Shown here piece by piece: positions 58,801-64,000 of a stretch of DNA of 64,000 bases. Numbering within the stretch: the stretch's first letter is position 1; each line of letters begins with the position of its first letter. This DNA is from Eutreptiella sp. 'Long Island Sound 2002' (taxonomy: Eukaryota; Protista; Euglenida), in NCBI GenBank assembly GCA_964036045.1, contig OZ038379.1, positions 2,108,001 through 2,172,000 of the forward strand, written 5' to 3'. A program made the position numbers and the translations under genes. The notes below the pieces were generated by a model that worked only from the letters and a program-made list of their open reading frames with translations, was not told the DNA's origin and searched no databases.

Positions 58801-61445
58801 GCTCGGGAGGATACATTCAGCCAGAACAAGCCACAGTCCAATGGTAATGCAGCTACCCGCAGGCTAGTATGTCGGCGGTTCGAATCCCACTCGGCCAACT
58901 GCCGGCCGCGTCAAAAAAGCTGCCGACTGGGACGAACCGCCAACCTGTCCATCAGCAGCCGGTTAGCCGGCACCCAATATTTGGCGTATTGAGGATGTGC
59001 TGGTTGTTGCCGGGGTCATTTGACTGTTCTTGCTGTCCACGCGCCTCTGTCCACAGGCCGTCCATCGCCTGCCTCGCTGTGGTTCTGTGTGCGTGAGGCT
59101 CAGGTGCCCTATTCCTCCACGTGTTGTCCCGGCCATCCACCATATGTCCTTTTCCCCCTCACGGCTGGTCTGCCCCTGATGGGCTCCCGCTCCTGTTGCG
59201 CAAACAGCCCATCTGGGCTGCGGGAGACACCCCCCACCTGATGCCGGTTGAGCAGGGATGGCCCTGGCACCCGGTAGCGACGGGGCTGGCCGGCCAGGCC
59301 ATCCCCTTTGTTATCGCTGCCTCCCATGTGCACGTTCTCCCATCCCCTCCATTCTGGTTCCCTATTCCCGTTGTTCTGGTTGCCTCTCCTGCCTTGCTGT
59401 GCCCCTCCTCCTTGTCTGCTATGCTCGCCCTTGTCCCTCCTAGTGTGGCTCCCGCGTTCTGTGTGTCTGTGTTGCCCCTCCCCCTGTCTGTGGACGCTAA
59501 TGGGTGCCCCTGCCCCCCCCCCCCCCCCCCCCCCAAAGTGTTATTCAGTTTCAAGGGATAGAGGCCTTAGAATCAAAAAATCCATTGGGGCATTGTCTTA
59601 TTGGACAAAATAATGATTTTACAAGGGGTTGGACATCAAATATCATGCCGTGGGGTATGCTACGCGAATGACCCCCAAAAAGGGGGGGTATACGACGCCC
59701 GCGCCTGCGCTTGATCTAACAACTTCTCTTCGAGGTGATTCCCGCGCACAGTCCTTCCTTTGGCGAGTGCAGCACAAACCCCCTACCCTCTCCTTCGTGC
59801 ATTTGCTGCGCGTGTTGTGTCCCCTTTCCCATGCAAGGTGCGCACGGGTGTGGGTTGTGGCGGGTGTTGTCTGTTGTTGGGTAGGAGTGTGTGGTCCCTC
59901 CTCATGGTGGGTGTTGGGTGGCGCAGTGGGTGCTGTAGGTTGAAGAGCTGGGAAGAGCTGATGCCCCACGGGCGGATGGGTGTTGGGAGGTGTGTGTGGG
60001 TGCATGGGGGTATACGTTGTAGCGGGTGTTGTGGGGTGGGCCAGTTGCCATGGTTGGCAGCCCACTTCTTGGCGCGACTCCCTGGACCACCTCCACATAG
60101 GAGCGAGTTGTTGCTGGGTGCAGATAAGATTAAATGTGTCCCCATCTTTAATAAGTGGCTGGACTGTACTGCACCCCACAGCCCCACTCTGGCTCCCAAA
60201 TGAGACCCATGGAGGCCTTGTGTAGCACACGCCGTGCAGAAACGAGCTTACTTCCCTTCAATCCATTTTGTGGAACGCTTAGAGAGGAAATAACCTTGCA
60301 GCCCTTGGAATCCCTTTCCCAAACGTCAAGCATCCCGCCAAGCATCCCTCCCCCCCGCCTCATTTTCCATTTTCCACCAGCCCTATCATGCTGGAGATGC
60401 CAGGATGACGGGAAAATCGTGGTCACTGCAACCCATCCGGTTTGGAGGGCGCTTGCCACCACAGCCAATCCAAGGCAATCAGCCGTGTCGTTCGCGGTCA
60501 CTCAAAGACGCAAGATGCAGAATCCGAATTTGGATGTCCCTGACAACTGTTTAGAGGATGAGTCTGAGGGACCTCATACGCACGGTGCGCAGGGGAGGGG
60601 AGGGGCACAACAAGCCTTTTCTCTGCAGTGCTGGTGGTAGAGAGTGCCGTCAAACCAATGACAGCCAGCCTGCTTTGATTGTGGGACAACGCCCATGATG
60701 GACTGACATTGCAAGCAGACCCTCACGCACATGCTGCATCCTGCCGAAATACATCCAGCACACACAGTAACACAGCAGACCCTTATGAGAAGGATGACAC
60801 GGTCGTCTGGCTACTCTCTGGCTCTTGGAGGGGGGGTTTCCGCAGGTGTGCCAGGAAAGCTGAGTGAGTATGCTGGTTGGTACTTCCGGGTACACTTGTT
60901 CACCTTTTGAAGAGGGAATCCTCCACTCATGGGACGCAGCGGGGGTTGACACATACGCACACACGTACGCACGCATGCACACTTCTCTTCCTTGACAGTC
61001 TTCTTCCTCCTCTTCGGAGCATTTTCGTCATCTTCACCCTTCAGAGCCCGCTTCAATTCTCGCTCCTAATACACACATGGTAGTCAATATCACCGAAGGA
61101 GCATTCCATGGCAGCAACAGAGGCATAATGATCATCGCCACTGGAAACGCAAAAAAGAATGTGCGGATTACAGATCTGTGTTATCATCTGTCACCTGACT
61201 CATCACACATTGGGAGTCCGTGGACTTATTCCTTGAGCTCCAATGGTGACGTACAGAAGAGGCGTGGTGGCAATATGAAAGCGCCAAAGGGAATCCTATT
61301 GAATGAAGAGGTGCAATCCCAAGCGTGCACTGATATCTCAGTGACACCAACAGCCTTAAACTAGGCCACAGTGTGTCCACACCTCTTTCCGCTTGGCAGC
61401 CTCCTCCGCTTTTGCTTGCTTGGCAGCATGCTCCTCTGACAGTTT
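55896..61445 (-). CDS. 3' exons of a multi-exon gene for a charged, low-complexity, probably nuclear protein
   Basis: Phase-consistent GT-AG exons: 61445-61383 (0-0), 61065-60983 (0-2), 58361-58233 (2-2), 56608-56376 (2-1), 56232-56024 (1-0) and 55904-55896 (GK-stop). They read KLSEEHAAKQAKAEEAAKRKE-ERELKRALK..PKRRKK..QPTLTSLF..RPQRSTRERKPISY..acidic tracts. The 5' exons are not resolved. Confidence 0.7.
58830..58897 (+). other. Degenerate tRNA-like sequence (probable SINE head or tRNA pseudogene)
   Basis: A-box-like GTCCAATGGTAA and B-box GGTTCGAATCCC at tRNA-like spacing. The anticodon and acceptor stems do not pair properly. Confidence 0.4.
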
Positions 61446-61786
61446 CTGTGGACAGGATCAACGAGGGTAAAAGCCATCACCATGCCCATCCCCATCCAGA
61501 TTCTTACTGGTGCACATTGGACCCAAGAAATATTAAAGCACAGGCACTACTCCCAAAGAGGCCCAAAATCTCAGCCTTCACCAAAAGTCTCACCATTGGG
61601 GGAATCCACGCGCTGCGTGCACTGCACGCTGTCTTTTGCATGCTGTTTGTCATACTTTCCAGGGATTTTCAGGTTGGCTTCCACAGAGGAGCGGTATCAA
61701 TCTAATTGTCTAATCCTCGTTCTCATCCAGCACACCTCAACAAGTGAAAGAGACAACGCCCAAAAGACAGCGCACCGCCATATATC

Positions 61787-62726
61787 GCACGAAGTCGCCC
61801 CCCCCTACCTTGGAGGTAGGGGGGGGGGGTTGGGGGGGGGTAGGGGGGGGAGGTAGGTGGGGGAGGTAGGGGGGGGGGGTAGGGGGGGGTCGAGAAGGTA
61901 GGGGGGGGTATGGGGGGGAGGTAGGGGGGGGGGTCGAGAAGGTAGGGGGGGGTATGGGGGGGGAAGGCGGTGCACACACAAGGCGGAACACACGAAAGGC
62001 GGCCTGTGGCCACCGCAGGAGTCTTGTTATTTAAGGGGCCACAGGCAAGGCGGTGCACACAGAAGGCGGTGCACACACAAGGCGGAACACACAAAAGGCG
62101 GTCTGTGGCCACCGCAGGAGTCTTGTTATTTAAGGGGCCACAGGCAAGGCGGTACACACAGAAGGCGGTGCACACACAAGGCGGAACACACAAAAGGCGG
62201 TACACACAAAAGGCGGCCTGTGGCCACCGCAGGAGTCTTGTTATTTAAGGGGCCACAGGAAAGGCGGTACACACAGAAGGCGGTGCACACACAAGGCGGA
62301 ACACACAAAAGGCGGTCTGTAGCCACCGCAGGAGTCTTGTTATTTAAGGGGCCACAGGCAAGGCGGTACACACAGAAGGCGGTGCACACACAAGGCGGAA
62401 CACACAAAAGGCGGCCTGTGGCCACCGCAGGAGTTTTGTTATTTAAGGGGCCACAGGCAAGCCGGTACACACAAAAGGCGGTGCACACACAAGGCGGTGC
62501 ACACAAAAGGCGGTCTGTGGCCACCGCAGGAGTCATGTTATTTAAGGGGGGTGCGGGGGCTGGCCCCCGCGTCGAGCGAAGCGAGCCGTCTGTCGAGCGA
62601 AGCGAGCCGAAGGTAGGGGGGGGAGGTAGGGGGGGGGAGGTAGGGGGGGGGGTTGGGGGGGGGGTAGGGGGGGGGTAGGGGGGGGGGGTAGGTAGGGGGG
62701 GGAGGTAGGGGGGGGCGACTTCGTGC
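61787..62726. mobile_element. 940-bp element with perfect 24-bp TIRs, G-rich tracts and an internal 99-bp tandem array
   Basis: GCACGAAGTCG-C8-TACCT at the left end and its exact reverse complement ending at 62726. No clear TSD. Confidence 0.75.
61965..62545. repeat. 99-bp tandem repeat, ~6 copies, with 16-17-bp AAGGCGG..ACAC subunits
   Basis: GCCACCGCAGGAG at 62009, 62108, 62223, 62322, 62421 and 62520. Confidence 0.92.
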
Positions 62727-64000
62727 ATACTATCGCACCGCGTATGGTGGCTCCCGCATTGACCAGAGAAATCACGACTTGCCAACTTGTAGCCCCCATG
62801 CTGTACCCTGCCCTATTTGGAGATTCAGCCGTTCTGCGCCTTGTACCCTTACACCTCTTTCCACAAACCTGTCGCCCTGCTGGACTGCCCTCTTATATCA
62901 AAAACCTGCGCATATCTACACCCTTCCTTTTTATAATAGCTGTCCGGAAAGAATGTTGGTGGTGGTGCTAAGCACCTCTTTATCAACACTTTGCGCCACT
63001 TTGCGCCTCAGCCAGTCCGACTTTTAAGTGGGTCCAACAGAAATGTTTCAGGTGCTCACTTTATTAAACCATTGGTTGGTGGACCCCTTAATTGCGCAGC
63101 CAGACTTGGCACCAGTGTGACGCAGACCCCACGTCAGCACACGTGCGGGATGTGCTGGTGGGACACCGCCAGATGCCACCAGACAGCAGCCACACGCCAT
63201 TGCAAAAATGTTGGGCACCTCGAAAATTTCGGTGTGGTGCAGGTGCAGCGGTCACACGTTGGCACCCCCCCCCTTGTCACAGGGTGTCAATGCCTAGTAT
63301 ATCAGGCTATGTATGGTTACTGGAAACCTCATGGGTGGCCCAAGCCCATGAGGTGGCAGGCAATGCTCACAATCACAACGCTTTTCAAGACTTCCTTCAA
63401 TACAGGCTTGTGCCCACCAAAGTACTCAGAGGATGAAAGCGCAATGGAGGTGAATGCTGAAAAGGTCCCCACAGCAGTTCCAACTCCGGAGGTGGACATG
63501 GCATCCAACATACCCCCTCTGCCCAAGCTTGGCTGTCACAATCCAAGCCTGTGTTGGAACCATACATCAATGCCATGATATGCGATAGGTGGGACACTGT
63601 GGATACCCTTCGACACATGACCCCTGAAATATGGCAGCCTGCCAAGAGCTAATGGATTGCAGCCACTCAAAAGCACATAACTTCAAAGAGGAGTGGGAAG
63701 GAAGGACAACGCAATTTGGTAACAACATACTACCCAAATGCGCTGTCAAAGCAAGAACCTACTGCATTTGAGAACCTACTGCATTTCAGCTTGTTGTCTG
63801 CATACACACAGCTCAGCAGCAAGAGAGTGTTGTGGGTGCTCAATACATTCGATGGGGTAATCAACACCATGCAGCACATTTTAAACAGGGGGGGGGTGCC
63901 GTAAAGATTGCCTAGCACTGGTTGGTACGTCGAAGTGTACGCACTGGTTTGGATTTTTTGGAGGAAACTGTCTGTGTTTCTTGTTCGTGGGTGGTGGGGG

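Noticed and set aside
41620-59540. Long poly-G/poly-C runs as functional elements in themselves
   Set aside because: Lengths are unreliable in assemblies. Runs were reported only where they form TIR pairs with flanking sequence.
1749-62545. 63-, 74-, 83-, 99- and 102-bp arrays as CRISPR-like arrays
   Set aside because: The units are wholly repeated with no unique spacers, no cas genes are present, and the context is eukaryotic.
62800-64000. Candidate upstream exons of the minus-strand gene
   Set aside because: Several AG/GT pairs exist, but no unique phase-consistent chain or recognisable domain could be established.

Overview
Eukaryotic genomic DNA, probably from a euglenozoan or euglenid-like protist. 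That assignment is inferred from GT-AG introns, a possible trans-splice acceptor, a GC3-rich giant exon and poly-C/G-ended repeats. The window has three zones. (1) 1-17 kb is a nest of mobile elements: a Penelope-like RT relic (291-1536, -), a GTTAC-rich element carrying a spliced gene, 83-bp satellites and a hAT relic with PHD and TTF zinc fingers. It also holds a three-level nest, where a second Penelope-like RT is split at an ATGCG core by a structurally complete DIRS retrotransposon (8219-14221), whose recombinase gene is split in turn by a 1561-bp hairpin-ended element carrying an HTH-like ORF. (2) 17454-41155 is a two-exon gene for a ~7355-aa membrane receptor: signal peptide, a CE2/SGNH esterase fold with its catalytic residues replaced, two discoidin domains, ~23 x 118-aa mucin repeats, REJ-like/GPS, TIG, roughly 30 laminin-type EGF modules, Ig-like domains, ~9 TM helices and a disordered tail. 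(3) 41-64 kb is repeat-rich DNA with MITEs, a cargo-carrying non-autonomous hAT (8-bp TSD), a local duplication, a tRNA-derived SINE-like relic, a G-rich TIR element and the 3' exons of a minus-strand gene for a charged, probably nuclear protein. All calls were made by eye from motifs; no database searches were run.
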